64,000 nt of DNA from an uncultured Acidobacteriota bacterium (GCA_963796095.1 CAWCKL010000013.1:55028-119027), one strand, 5' to 3'; shown: positions 29,470-38,724, numbered from the stretch's first letter. The notes: generated by a model from the letters alone, not told the origin. Made by a program: numbers and translations.

Positions 29470-29840
29470 ACAGCCAAAGAAAAAACGAACAGTAGTGAGT
29501 ATTTTCGCCAAACCGGCCAATGGCTCAAGTCGATGGTGCAGGGCTACTACCACTACTATGCGGTACCGGGAAACCTCGACAGTCTCAGCGTATTCCGGGA
29601 GCGGTTAACTGGGCATTGGTGGCAGACCCTTCGCCGCCGAAGTCAGCAACGCCGGCTCTCCTGGACCCGTATGCTCGCTCTGGCTGGCCGCTGGCTCCCT
29701 CGACCGCGAGTACTCCATCCTTATCCCGCGGATCGCTTTGCCGCCAGTCATCCGAGATAAGAACCGGATGCGCTAATCAGCGCCCGTCCGGGTCCGGGCC
29801 GCGGGGGGTACCACGCACAGTGGTATCCCTACCGCGATCT
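29470..29840 (+). mobile_element. 3' remnant of a group II intron (C-terminal maturase fragment plus domain V-like hairpin)
   Basis: QGYYHYYAVPGNLDSLSVFRERLTGHWWQTLRRRSQQRRLSWTRMLALAGRWLPRPRVLHPYP is the typical C-terminal end of an intron-encoded RT/maturase, and no RT palm domain lies upstream. Downstream, AACCGGATGCGC-taatca-GCGCCCGTCCGGGT folds like domain V with a 2-nt 3' bulge. Confidence 0.55.
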
Positions 29841-30705
29841 CAGGATCCACTGGTGGAAAACTGCACTCGGTCGCGCAATAATTCGCCACTAGCAGATCAG
29901 GCTTCTTGTCGCCATTCACGTCTGCGATCGCGACCCAACCGATGGCATCGAATCCGCCCGTGCTATAGGTCTTAGCCTTCTTGAACGTTCCGTCGCCTCT
30001 CCCCAACAAAACGGCGACCAAGCCCTTTGGACAACCATTACCACACCCGGGTCCCGTGGTTGCGACCGCGAGATCGAGCTTGCCATCGCCGTTCAAATCA
30101 CCGACCGCCACGCGCGATCCAAAAACGGATGCCGCGCCCGAGCTGTAAGTCAACGCCTTCTTGAAAGTTCCGTCGCCGTTCCCCAACAGCACGCCCACTC
30201 CACCCGTCGCGCAAATGCTTCCGAGGCAACCATTGGCCACCACCAAGTCCAGCTTGCCGTCGCCGTTAACATCAGCGATGCTGATGGAATAAGCGCTTTG
30301 CCCACCGGAGCTATAATTCACCGCCGGATGAAACGTTCCATTACCCTTCCCCAGCATGACACTGATCGAGCCCTCAGGATCGGTCTTGCTCTGCTGCTGG
30401 TTTGCTACCACCAGGTCGAGCTTACCGTCGCCATTCACGTCCGCAACCGCGACCGAGTAAGGATTGTATCCGCTCGTTTTATAAGGTACTGCCTTCCGAA
30501 AACTTACCGGGCCTGCGGCTGGAGATGGGAAAACTGTTTTGTCGCTCTGCGGCCCGCTGACCGGAGAGCCCTGACCTCCCGCGGCCCCCGACTGTGCAAA
30601 ATGCTGCCAGGGCCGGTCATAATCCGGAGCTGAGCCCGTCTCCTGGGCCGAGGCCGCAAAAGTAGCCACAAGCGTGAAAGCTGCAATGAAGAGAAAAACA
30701 ACGTT
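29773..30705 (-). CDS. FG-GAP/VCBS repeat protein (start codon unclear)
   Basis: Four repeats ending in DVNGDGKLDLVVAN, DVNGDGKLDLVVAN, DLNGDGKLDLAVAT and DVNGDGKPDLLVAN, preceded by the signal-like NVVFLFIAAFTLVATFAASAQ. There is no ATG/GTG/TTG before the signal peptide, and the frame stays open into GloVer-like sequence upstream. Confidence 0.65.
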   Translation of the reverse strand, partial: NVVFLFIAAFTLVATFAASAQETGSAPDYDRPWQHFAQSGAAGGQGSPVSGPQSDKTVFPSPAAGPVSFRKAVPYKTSGYNPYSVAVADVNGDGKLDLVVANQQQSKTDPEGSISVMLGKGNGTFHPAVNYSSGGQSAYSISIADVNGDGKLDLVVANGCLGSICATGGVGVLLGNGDGTFKKALTYSSGAASVFGSRVAVGDLNGDGKLDLAVATTGPGCGNGCPKGLVAVLLGRGDGTFKKAKTYSTGGFDAIGWVAIADVNGDKKPDLLVANYCATECSFPPVDPEIAVGIPLCVVPPAARTRTGAD

Positions 30706-31300
30706 GAAATCGTAAAGTACGCCACTGTCGCCGATCGTGGGCCCTGCACGGGGAAGACCGCCATCCGTCGCCTCCGGAGAATGCGTGCAGAACTGTCTCG
30801 GTCCAAGACGCCCGGTGAGGCTGGCGGCGTCAACGAGAACACAGTTCCGCAGCCATACATTTGGCAACCCGAATCCCCGCCAGCACTGCGTGTGCCATAA
30901 AGAACTCCGTCCTTGGTGATTATCAAACCCGTATTGGATCGCCCGCGTCCGGGGCAACCGGTAAAGTTGTAGAGTATCTTCTCTGTCCAGGAACCCCCCG
31001 GGGCAGTCGGAGGAGTCAACGAGAATACCGTGCCCCACCCGGCGGTGCCGTCACCTCCAGTGGTGCCGTACAGTACGCCTTGGGGGCCAATCACAACACT
31101 GGCGGCGCCGGCCCCGTCATCCTTTTGATCGCTGAAAGCGTGCAGCACGGTCTCAGTCCACGAACCACCCGGCGCTGACGGAGGTGACAATGAGAACACC
31201 AGCCCGCACCCGAAGGGGCAGCTTAGGCTTCCGCCTTCGCTGGTACCGTAGATCACTCCGTTGGCGCCGGCCACGGTCATTATTATTGGACCGTGCTGAT
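30706..31300 (-). pseudogene. GloVer-repeat protein remnant, frame-disrupted and 3'-truncated
   Basis: GVIYGTSEGG...GCGLVFSLSPPSAPGGSWTETVLHAF, GVLYGTTGGDGTAGWGTVFSLTPPTAPGGSWTEKILYNF and GVLYGTRSAGG...GCGTVFSLTPPASPG lie in the frame of ORF 30504..31280. DGGLPRAGPTIGDSGVLYDF lies in the FG-GAP frame. Confidence 0.55.
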
Positions 31301-31519
31301 TATCGGGCTGGCCGATGGGCCAGAGCCAGGAGGCTCACGCCCGCTGCCGCCGCCGCGAGTGCGTATGAGTTCAACTGCTGCTGGTACGGCGCGGAAAATC
31401 CCGGACTTTGCCCGCATCCTGAGTCAGTCTCTTCACGACGCCTCCTTAACTTTAGCGGAGCCCTTCAATTCTGGCCGTACTCTTCTCCGTCCGGCGGGGA
31501 CTCGAAACGCATCTTGGTG

Positions 31520-31930
31520 TTAAGGGGTTAGCCTGAAAACAACTCCACAGCCGCCGCCACCCGCCACGCCGTAGACATCTCCTGCCCATCCAGGACGACC
31601 CCCGCGGTGGGGGATAGTCCATCTGCGCTTCCTGTAAAGGCATGGAGAACGCTCTCCTTACCGCTGGTATCCAGTTCGAACACGACACCACAGCCGGAGT
31701 ACGAACAGTTTCCGCCGTTCTGGGTTGTTGCCGTAGATATTTCCGGACGAATCCAGAACTACGCTCGCGTAGGGGGAGGCCCCGTCGCCCCCAGTTTGTG
31801 TGAAACTGCACAGCACGGTTTCCCTGCCGGCTGTCCTGCTTGAAGACTGTCCCGCAGCCGACCCGTAGGTTGCAAGTAAGACCACCCCCAAGACCATGGC
31901 TATCCTCGATGGCTTTTCCAGGACTTCCAC
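31520..31930 (-). pseudogene. GloVer-repeat protein remnant with signal peptide, at least two frameshifts, truncated
   Basis: MVLGVVLLATYGSAAGQ...ETVLCSFTQTGGDGASPYASVVLDSSGNIYG, then a shift to TTQNGGNCSYSGCGVVFELDTSGKESVLHAFTGSADGLSPTAGVVLDGQ, then a shift to GDVYGVAGGGGCGVVFRLTP-stop (my translations). Confidence 0.5.
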
Positions 31931-32348
31931 CCCGATTGGAAGCTGGGTAAACGTTAAGAACCGCTATCTGGGAGTGAAGTTCAAGATCAAGGGCAAGATC
32001 CAGTACGGGTGGGCACGGCTGAGCGTGCAAGTTCAATTTCCCCTGACCATCACCGCAACCCTGACCGGATATACATACGAAACCATCCCCAACAAAGGCA
32101 TCGTCGCCGGTAAATCCAAAGGCCCAGAGGATAGCGTGAAGCAACCCGCCGCGCTGGGCAGACTGGCTCTCGGAAGAAAATAGCAACGCGCCTGATGGAC
32201 TCTGCCCCGGCGAAACATCGGCATAACGCTCATCTAGGGGTTTGAGCCCTGTGGCCTGATTGCATCAACAATCAATCTCTTACCCGCGCAAGCCCACGTT
32301 AAACAAGGGCATCACTTCTGGCTCGCCGGTAACCTGGGAAGATCTTGG

Positions 32349-33017
32349 TTATTGCAGAGGATTCGCGGTCTTTGGCGCTTGTGCTGCGCGATTGTATTCT
32401 GCAAGTGTTTCCGCGATTATTTCCGTCCGGCCACCCTCACCCGGCTGCTCGATGATGCTGATTACGTCCTGGCTCCCCAACCACACCGCGCGGTGCGCGT
32501 CGTACTTTACCCCATAAGCGTTTAGCACGGGTTCGCTGTAGCTTTTCGACGGCGGTCCGTAGGCTTCCCGCAATCCGGCGAAGAGATCGGCAAAGGACTT
32601 GGGCCGATATCCTTCAATGTTCGCGCTCGGGGCAACATAGACCATGTCTATCCTAACCAAATGGCCGCCGTCGAAGGTGAACGTGTCTGCCCTCATCGTC
32701 TCCTCGTCACCGCGGCCATCGTATTCCAGACGTGTCCCGCTCGTTGCTTGCTGCTTGGCGAGCTTCTCTTTCGCGCAATAATCCTTTGCCTTCGTTTTAG
32801 ACGCATTGCCCACGTTCTTGGACAACTGGTTCACACTTTTCCAGTCTTTTCCCTGGCACGCTCGTAGCATATCCCCAACAAATCCTTCGGAGAAAAACTG
32901 CCCGGCGTTCTCGCCGAGCAAGTGGCCACCGCCCCTCAATTCCCGCGGCTGCTCCTGCGGAAATACCGAGGCGCATAACATCAAGCACACGACCACAGAC
33001 AGGATTGTCTTTTCCAT
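32349..33017 (-). CDS. secreted hypothetical protein
   Basis: GGAGAGAAA SD before the ATG at 33017. MEKTILSVVVCLMLCASVFPQ signal peptide. No recognisable motif. Confidence 0.6.
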   Translation of the reverse strand: MEKTILSVVVCLMLCASVFPQEQPRELRGGGHLLGENAGQFFSEGFVGDMLRACQGKDWKSVNQLSKNVGNASKTKAKDYCAKEKLAKQQATSGTRLEYDGRGDEETMRADTFTFDGGHLVRIDMVYVAPSANIEGYRPKSFADLFAGLREAYGPPSKSYSEPVLNAYGVKYDAHRAVWLGSQDVISIIEQPGEGGRTEIIAETLAEYNRAAQAPKTANPLQ

Positions 33018-33420
33018 TTTCTCTCCGTCACTGTTTGCACTGTTTGAGAACACAGACGCCGCTAATCTCGGACGAGCCTACGAGCGATTGCCTGCGTCAC
33101 TCGCTTCAACAGAACGAGCGACCGTTGCCGGAAGTTTACACTGTGATGTCTGTAATTGGACGTAAGGCGGCAAACCGGAAGTGTGCGCTGAGCAGCGCGC
33201 TGTTCAGGAGGGTGGAGTCCCTCTTCCGCTCAAATGAGGGGCGCCATATCCAAGAAGCGGGGTTCGTAGCCTCGCTGGCCGGAGAAGGCGGAAGGTATGG
33301 AGACGTCTAAACGGGCACGAAGGCGAAAGCTGGACACAGCCAAGACCTTTTCACCAATATGCTGCACCAATGATTGCGCAGTCTAAGGCTCCGCGCGCGG
33401 TCAATCGCGACTACCTTCGC

Positions 33421-34008
33421 TCAATTCTGGGCCGAAAAGCTGGATGAGTGACTGATCAGGGTCTCCACCGCGGCCGTAAAGACGGAACGCAGCTCCGCCA
33501 CGTGCGCCGCCGGGATGGCTCTCGAAATCAGCAGCATGGCCGTTCCGTGCGCCATCGTCCACAAGGCGAGCGACAGGCGGGTGTGGTCCGCGGCCGTCCC
33601 TCCCAGCCGCTCGGCCAGTTTGGTCTCCATGAATTGCATGGTCGGCCGGTGCTCCCGGAGCGGAGAAGCATGATCCGACCGGGCCGGGTGCGAGAGTTCG
33701 TAGGCGTGGGTGTAGAAGAGTTCGTACTCGTGAGCATGGTTCACCGCGAACTCAAGGTATCGCTCGCATGCTTCCTCGGGACATGAGCAGGGCTGGAGCG
33801 CATCGACGACATCCTGCTGGATCCGGCGCAGCATGGCGCGCAGGATATCCTCGCGGTTCCGAAAGCGGCGATAGACGGCAGGAGTGTTGGTGCCCGCAGC
33901 CTCGGCTACCGCGCGCATAGTGAGAGTCTTTTCCGCTCCCTTTTTCCAGAGCTTCTGGGCAGCGTCCAAAATACGTTCTTGCAGATCAGGATCGGGCAGC
34001 CTTGGCAT
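33421..34008 (-). CDS. TetR-family transcriptional regulator
   Basis: N-terminal HTH: ILDAAQKLWKKGAEKTLTMRAVAEAAGTNTPAVYRRFRNREDIL. 195 aa. Confidence 0.9.
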   Translation of the reverse strand: MPRLPDPDLQERILDAAQKLWKKGAEKTLTMRAVAEAAGTNTPAVYRRFRNREDILRAMLRRIQQDVVDALQPCSCPEEACERYLEFAVNHAHEYELFYTHAYELSHPARSDHASPLREHRPTMQFMETKLAERLGGTAADHTRLSLALWTMAHGTAMLLISRAIPAAHVAELRSVFTAAVETLISHSSSFSAQN

Positions 34009-34050
34009 TTCTTTCCTCTGAACCTACATAAAACGATTGAATAATTTATG

Positions 34051-34080
34051 TTGACATCGTTAACGTAACGTTGTATACGT
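34051..34080 (+). promoter_or_regulatory. sigma70-like promoter with operator-like palindromes in the tetR / 34136 divergent region
   Basis: TTGACA at 34051-34056, a 17-nt spacer containing CGTTAACG and AACGTaACGTT palindromes, then TATACG at 34074-34079. Lies 57 nt upstream of the 34136 ATG. Confidence 0.35.
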
Positions 34081-34135
34081 AATGAATATAGGCCCCTTTC
34101 CCGGTTTTGTATAGCTAAATTCAGGAGTCCCTTAG

Positions 34136-34930
34136 ATGTTTTCCTGGGAAAATCCGGATGACCGCGTTGCCGTGGTTCAAATGAACTCGGAGCTGCGGCA
34201 TGCGCGCCTGGAACTCCTGAGCGCGGAGTGCGCAACCCACCAACTTCGCCTCCGCTTCTCCATTGAAGATCTTGCCCGCTTCGCCGAAGGCGATCTGTTG
34301 CGCAAAGCCATCGAGTCAGCAGCTGCTTTGAACGAGTTTTACGCTTCCATCGAACGACAAATTCCTTCTGCCGCTGAACCACGTGAGGTTAGCGCCCCTT
34401 CGTTGACCGAAGACCACGTTCGCGATTTCAGCACTTGCATTTGTTCGTATCTGCGCGAACAGCGCGACCGTTACTTTGCCGTCGCCGCACCGCTCAGCGC
34501 AAATTGCAATGCTACGATGGAGCCGTTCTTTTCCACGGCCTTTCTCAATCGGATCAGAATCGTGGAACTCATTGGCGAGCGCATTTCGGACCCGCCGTTC
34601 TACTCGCAAGCGCAAGATCTCGGCGTTACCAACCTGCCCAGCTTCCAGCAAATGGCTTCTCTGACGTTTCTGGACGTGGTGGTGTTCAACGAGAGAATCG
34701 CGGATCGCGCCCTCTTTGACGGGCTGGTACATGCGGTCCAGTTTCATATCCTCGGACTGAAACGTTATTCCGACCTTTTTGTTCGTGGTTTCCTCAAAAC
34801 CAATGCGCCCTTCGCGATACCGCTCGAAGCCCACGCCTTGGCGTTGGCATCAAGGTTCGCCCGCAATACCACGGCGAGTTTTTCGGTCGAGGAACAAGTG
34901 CGCCTCTGGATCAGGGAAGGCCGCTACTAG
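34136..34930 (+). CDS. hypothetical protein, divergent from tetR
   Basis: 264-aa ORF with an AGGAG SD. Protein-like composition, no motif recognised. Confidence 0.6.
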   Translation: MFSWENPDDRVAVVQMNSELRHARLELLSAECATHQLRLRFSIEDLARFAEGDLLRKAIESAAALNEFYASIERQIPSAAEPREVSAPSLTEDHVRDFSTCICSYLREQRDRYFAVAAPLSANCNATMEPFFSTAFLNRIRIVELIGERISDPPFYSQAQDLGVTNLPSFQQMASLTFLDVVVFNERIADRALFDGLVHAVQFHILGLKRYSDLFVRGFLKTNAPFAIPLEAHALALASRFARNTTASFSVEEQVRLWIREGRY

Positions 34931-35116
34931 CCCCCCCGAAATAGTCTTAGCGGATCGTGAAACGGCAAAATAGTATCCCTCGCAACGTCGACCCTCGTTT
35001 ACGACGGGACGGGTTTTAAGAATCGGGTTTGGAGTTGTGCCGTGTGCCTGGGGTACTCAGGTGCTTGGTCTTCTCCGTAGCAAATATCGCGCACTCCGCC
35101 GCGCTATTAACTGGGC

Positions 35117-36442
35117 TCACGCCGCTGCTTCGGAGGAAACCGGCGTGAGCGTGACTTGATACCCCAAGCTGACCAGCTTTTTGACCAGCCTGGAACGGAC
35201 TGCCTCTTGGTTCACCCGATCGAAAAAATCTCCACCGAGCTCCGCATACGGGCATTGCCGTGTCAGAAGATAGTAGGCAATTCTCAGCATCGAGTGCGCC
35301 ACGGCTACGATCGTCTTCTTCTTGCCCTTGCGAACGATGAAGTGTTTGTATTGGGCTCCCAGATACGTGTCCTTGGTGCGGGACGCGGCCCAGGCTGCTT
35401 CACAGAGCGCTCGCCGCAGCCAAATGTTGCCTTTGGGCGTTTTTCCGGAGAGACGTTTCCCCGCGCTCTCATTATTGCCGGGACATATCCCTGCCCATTT
35501 CGCCAACTGGCTGGCGCTGCCAAACTGATCCATGTTGGCTCCCATTTCCGCTACCAACGTCCAGGCTGTTACCTTGTCGACGCCTGGGATCGTATCCAAC
35601 AGCTCCACCGCCCTCTGCAAGGAACTGGTTGGAGGCGTGGAGGCGGTGTCCACCTCGGCGATCGCGGAACCTTCCGGTCGACAAGGTTCCGGCTCCTGCA
35701 GGAGTAAGCGCTGAATTTCCGCTTCCAACTGGCGAAGTCGCTCCTCGCCAGATTCCACCAACTCCAGCAAGGCCTGGATTTGAAAGCCATGATGTTCGGT
35801 GAAATGACCTTCCAAAGCCAACTGCAACTCGCTCAGTTTTTTTCGCAAGCGCCCGCGTGCCAGCTGCGCCAGTTGCTTTGGATCCCGTTGCCCTTTGATC
35901 AAGGCCTTCAGCATCTCGCGCCCCGAGACTCCTAGTACATCCGTGGCCACCGAACCCAGTTTCACATTGGCGTCCTCCAATACCTTCTGGATGCGGTTGG
36001 CAAAGGTGGCCACGTTCTGCCCGATCTTGGCCCGCGTGCGCGTCAGGTCCCGCAAACGACGAATGCTCTCGGGCGGAACAAAACTCCCCTTCAACAGACC
36101 ATGCTGCAGTAACTCGGCAATCCATTCGCTGTCCTTTTGGTCCGTCTTTCGCCCCGGCACATGCTTGACGTAATGGGCGTTCACCAAAAGCAATTGATAC
36201 TTCTTCTCCGCTTCCAGAATGTTCCATACCGGTTTCCAATAAACTCCGGTCGCCTCCATCGCAATTGCCTCTACTCCTAGGTTCGCTAACCAGGTGGCCA
36301 TCTCCTTTAGATCACGGGTCATCGTCGAGAAGTATCTGCTCTGCTTCCGAAATTCCCCATCCTCATCAATCACCAACACGCAGGCCGTGACACTGTTCTT
36401 GTGTACGTCCATGCCGCAACAACGCTTGTACACGATCCGCAT
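35117..36442 (-). CDS. IS110-family DEDD transposase/recombinase
   Basis: Start at the ATG at 36442 (AAAAGGAG SD). MRIVYKRCCGMDVHKNSV, IAMEATGVYW, VNAHYVKHVPGRKTDQKDS, and a C-terminal GVDKVTAWTLVAEMG...QLAKWAGICPGNNESAGK domain. Confidence 0.9.
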   Translation of the reverse strand: MRIVYKRCCGMDVHKNSVTACVLVIDEDGEFRKQSRYFSTMTRDLKEMATWLANLGVEAIAMEATGVYWKPVWNILEAEKKYQLLLVNAHYVKHVPGRKTDQKDSEWIAELLQHGLLKGSFVPPESIRRLRDLTRTRAKIGQNVATFANRIQKVLEDANVKLGSVATDVLGVSGREMLKALIKGQRDPKQLAQLARGRLRKKLSELQLALEGHFTEHHGFQIQALLELVESGEERLRQLEAEIQRLLLQEPEPCRPEGSAIAEVDTASTPPTSSLQRAVELLDTIPGVDKVTAWTLVAEMGANMDQFGSASQLAKWAGICPGNNESAGKRLSGKTPKGNIWLRRALCEAAWAASRTKDTYLGAQYKHFIVRKGKKKTIVAVAHSMLRIAYYLLTRQCPYAELGGDFFDRVNQEAVRSRLVKKLVSLGYQVTLTPVSSEAAA

Positions 36443-36760
36443 AACAGGCTCCTTTTCTGAGCCCGGCTGCGAGGACGCTAGGAGTAATTTGGAGTCTCCC
36501 CCGCGTGCTCGGAAAAATCCGGCGACAATTCGTTGTGCCATGCAGCGTCCAGGTCAAACTCCCTCGCGGGCTCAGCCGCGCCAGTCTAGTGACGACCTTC
36601 GGTCCGCACCAGGCTCAGAACAGAGCTTATCAAACCGATCTCTATTTCATGATCCGTTGTGATCGGGAGATCATGAAAAACTCCCTCGAAAATAGCCGTA
36701 AGTGATTGATTCCACGTCGGCACATTTTCATGATCCGTTGTGAGCCACGAATCATGAGCA
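36443..36760 (-). ncRNA. candidate bridge-RNA-encoding 5' non-coding end of the IS110 element
   Basis: About 300 nt of non-coding sequence upstream of the recombinase with several hairpins: TTTCATGATC...GATCATGAAA at 36645-36678, TCATGAT...ATCATGA at 36728-36757, CGCGG...CCGCG, and GACCttcgGTC. The call rests on position and structure only. Confidence 0.3.
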
Positions 36761-36787
36761 ACTTAGCTAGTTCTCCCCCGACAGCCT

Positions 36788-36819
36788 GCGGAAAAACTCA
36801 CCAAGCCGAGTTTTTCCGC
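36788..36819 (-). terminator. perfect 12-bp hairpin downstream of the DinB-family gene
   Basis: GCGGAAAAACTC-accaagcc-GAGTTTTTCCGC, 17 nt after the 36836 stop. There is no U-tail outside the stem, so terminator function is uncertain. Confidence 0.45.
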
Positions 36820-36835
36820 ACCAACTGCTCCGTTT

Positions 36836-37345
36836 CTACATCCCAGACTCATCCGCCGACGGCCCATAAATCGCAGGCACCGCGATGTTATTCAACCGCA
36901 GGTAAACGCCCAGTTGCGCCCGATGATGAATGTTGTGATTCATCACCCAAGTGCGCAGACAAGCCATTCGCGGCATGGAAAAGACGGCCACACCGTTGTT
37001 AAGAAATGACCAGTTCTTTCCCAGGTCGGAATCACTCGCTCCGGCGAGAGCTGTGCGCGCAGCAGCCACGTTCTTATCAAACAACTCCAACAGCTCCTTG
37101 CGCGATTTGGGCACCGACGGCGGCTGAAATCCTTTGCCCCCAGGATTCATGTCGAAGCCATCCTTAGTGATGGTCTCAACCGCCCACTGAGGAATGTTGG
37201 CGAGATGGCCGGCCAGCCAACCCATGGCGCCGGATTTCTCGTGCGGCTTCCAGGAAAACTTTTCGTCCGGAACCCGTTCCAGAGTCTTGCGAGTATTGGC
37301 CATTTCCTGATCGAACTCGGGGAGAAGAGATTGACTGAGTGACAT
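36836..37345 (-). CDS. DinB-family (DinB/YfiT-like) protein
   Basis: EFDQEMANTRKTLERVP, GWLAGHLANIPQW and HHRAQLGVYLRL His-containing four-helix-bundle pattern. 169 aa. Confidence 0.85.
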   Translation of the reverse strand: MSLSQSLLPEFDQEMANTRKTLERVPDEKFSWKPHEKSGAMGWLAGHLANIPQWAVETITKDGFDMNPGGKGFQPPSVPKSRKELLELFDKNVAAARTALAGASDSDLGKNWSFLNNGVAVFSMPRMACLRTWVMNHNIHHRAQLGVYLRLNNIAVPAIYGPSADESGM

Positions 37346-37388
37346 TTCGTTCCTCCGTGAATGACTTTTCTTAGAGCTGAACAGCGAG

Positions 37389-37642
37389 TTGAATCATAAG
37401 CGAATAAAAAGCGAACTGTCAACTCGGATGTTGATCGGCTGGGCCAACTACTTCTGTCTGGGCCCAGCAAAGCCTACAGTGCGGTCGATCTGCTTGCCCG
37501 CCGGAGGCTGCGTCGGTGGTCATGCGACAAACACAAGGAGCCGCGGTCGGCATACAAACGCTTTCCGGAAGTGTCTCTTCACTCTGTGTATGGCTTGGTC
37601 CAACCACGCCGGACCGCGAACCTTCCGTGGCCGAAAGCGTGA
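37389..37642 (+). mobile_element. second, unrelated group II intron maturase C-terminal remnant (frameshifted)
   Basis: LIGWANYFCLGPAKP lies in one frame. RRRLRRWSCDKHKEPRSAYKRFPEVSLHSVYGLVQPRRTANLPWPKA-stop lies in another (my translation). No RT domain is present upstream. Confidence 0.55.
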
Positions 37643-38504
37643 GTCTTTTCCGAGAGCCGGCGCGGCGAAAGCCACGTCGAATATCCACCGGGAGACTACA
37701 GTCACTGCGCCTGTTCTCGACTCTACTCGCCACAGCGCTCATTGACCAACGGTTAACCGGCTAATGTTCGATAGCGATGGGAAGGAGGTTATCCTTCTGT
37801 AGCTGAGATCGAGCAGGAAGGAGGAAGGCTCTCTTCCGAGCGACATATCCTTGGCAAGATTCCGCTCGGTAGGAGAGCCCTTCAAGGTAATACGATTCTG
37901 TTTATCCCACTTTCTGCAGATCATTGCAAGCCAGGCTTCGACTGGGTGGCTTGTGGGGAACAGATCATTCGCCGCTGCCGACGATGTTTTTGCGTTTCGC
38001 TCATCGGCAACGGATGGCGGAGCAAACAAGCGCATGACGACACTCATGATTGGCTCAAGTACCGCCGTCTCATCTGCAAGCTCTGTAAAGTAACTGTCAG
38101 CTTTCTCCCTGCTTTCTCCCTGCCGCGGGCCGCTTGCCGCACCGAAGCATGCCGCAAGAACTCTACCTCCGCTGCTCCGCTTGAAAGACATCAGGAGGGA
38201 GTTATGACGAACAACAGAATTTGTTCCACAGAATCCCGGATTGAGGATCGATGTAAGAATCGCTCATCGAGCGAGGACGGCATCGACCAACTGTACTTCG
38301 GTCAATTCGCCCTTGGACAAACTGTTAAAAGAGGAGCCGCGCATCAGCAGTCTGCGCGAGGCCTTCCAGACGAAGGTCTGCTACAGCGTTCTCGACGGCC
38401 TTCCGCCGGAGAAGGCCTTCAGAGACAGTTATTGCTCGAGGTGTTGCCGCAGCAGTCAGTGTTTCTTGGATCTATTGTGTTCGAGGTTCCCGTTAGCCAG
38501 ATGC

Positions 38505-38723
38505 TCATGGATGCTTTGCTGAAATGGTTCGAGGATTAACGGCTTCGATATCCGTGTAACGAGCGAAGTCCTTTTCGTTGAACGTCAGAATCGTGCCGAC
38601 GCTGTGTACTCGTATTGCGGCCACCAATCGTGCAGCGTGCACCTGAACCCCGAATACATTGCTCACAACAAGCAGTCTGCGCCATTCTTGATGTACGGCC
38701 AAACTGTCCGGCAGCAGCCGCAA
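38505..38723 (-). pseudogene. PIN-domain (VapC-like) toxin C-terminal fragment
   Basis: VQVHAARLVAAIRVHSVGTILTFNEKDFARYTDIEAVNP matches the C-terminal third of VapC proteins. The N-terminal DxN part and an antitoxin are absent. Confidence 0.5.
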
Positions 38724-38724
38724 C

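Larger units (their letters stand above)
34950..36760 (-). mobile_element. IS110-family insertion sequence (ends approximate)
   Basis: Contains the IS110 recombinase gene. The 12-mer CGGATCGTGAAA at 34951-34962 is the near reverse complement of TTTCATGATCCG, which occurs twice at 36645 and 36726. IS110 elements lack classical IRs, so the limits are uncertain. Confidence 0.5.

Noticed and set aside
31896-32183. 95-aa + ORF (NRYLGVKFKIKGKIQYGWARLSV...TGYTYETIPNKGIVAGKS)
   Set aside because: The composition is protein-like, but the frame opens only at 31869. It overlaps the GloVer remnant on the other strand and has no start context. It is probably a fragment and is not called.
37643-37745. Domain V/VI of the second group II intron remnant
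   Set aside because: GAGCCGGCGCGGC-GAAA-GCCACG starts like domain V, but the 3' arm (GTCGAATATCC) does not pair. I cannot support an RNA domain call here.
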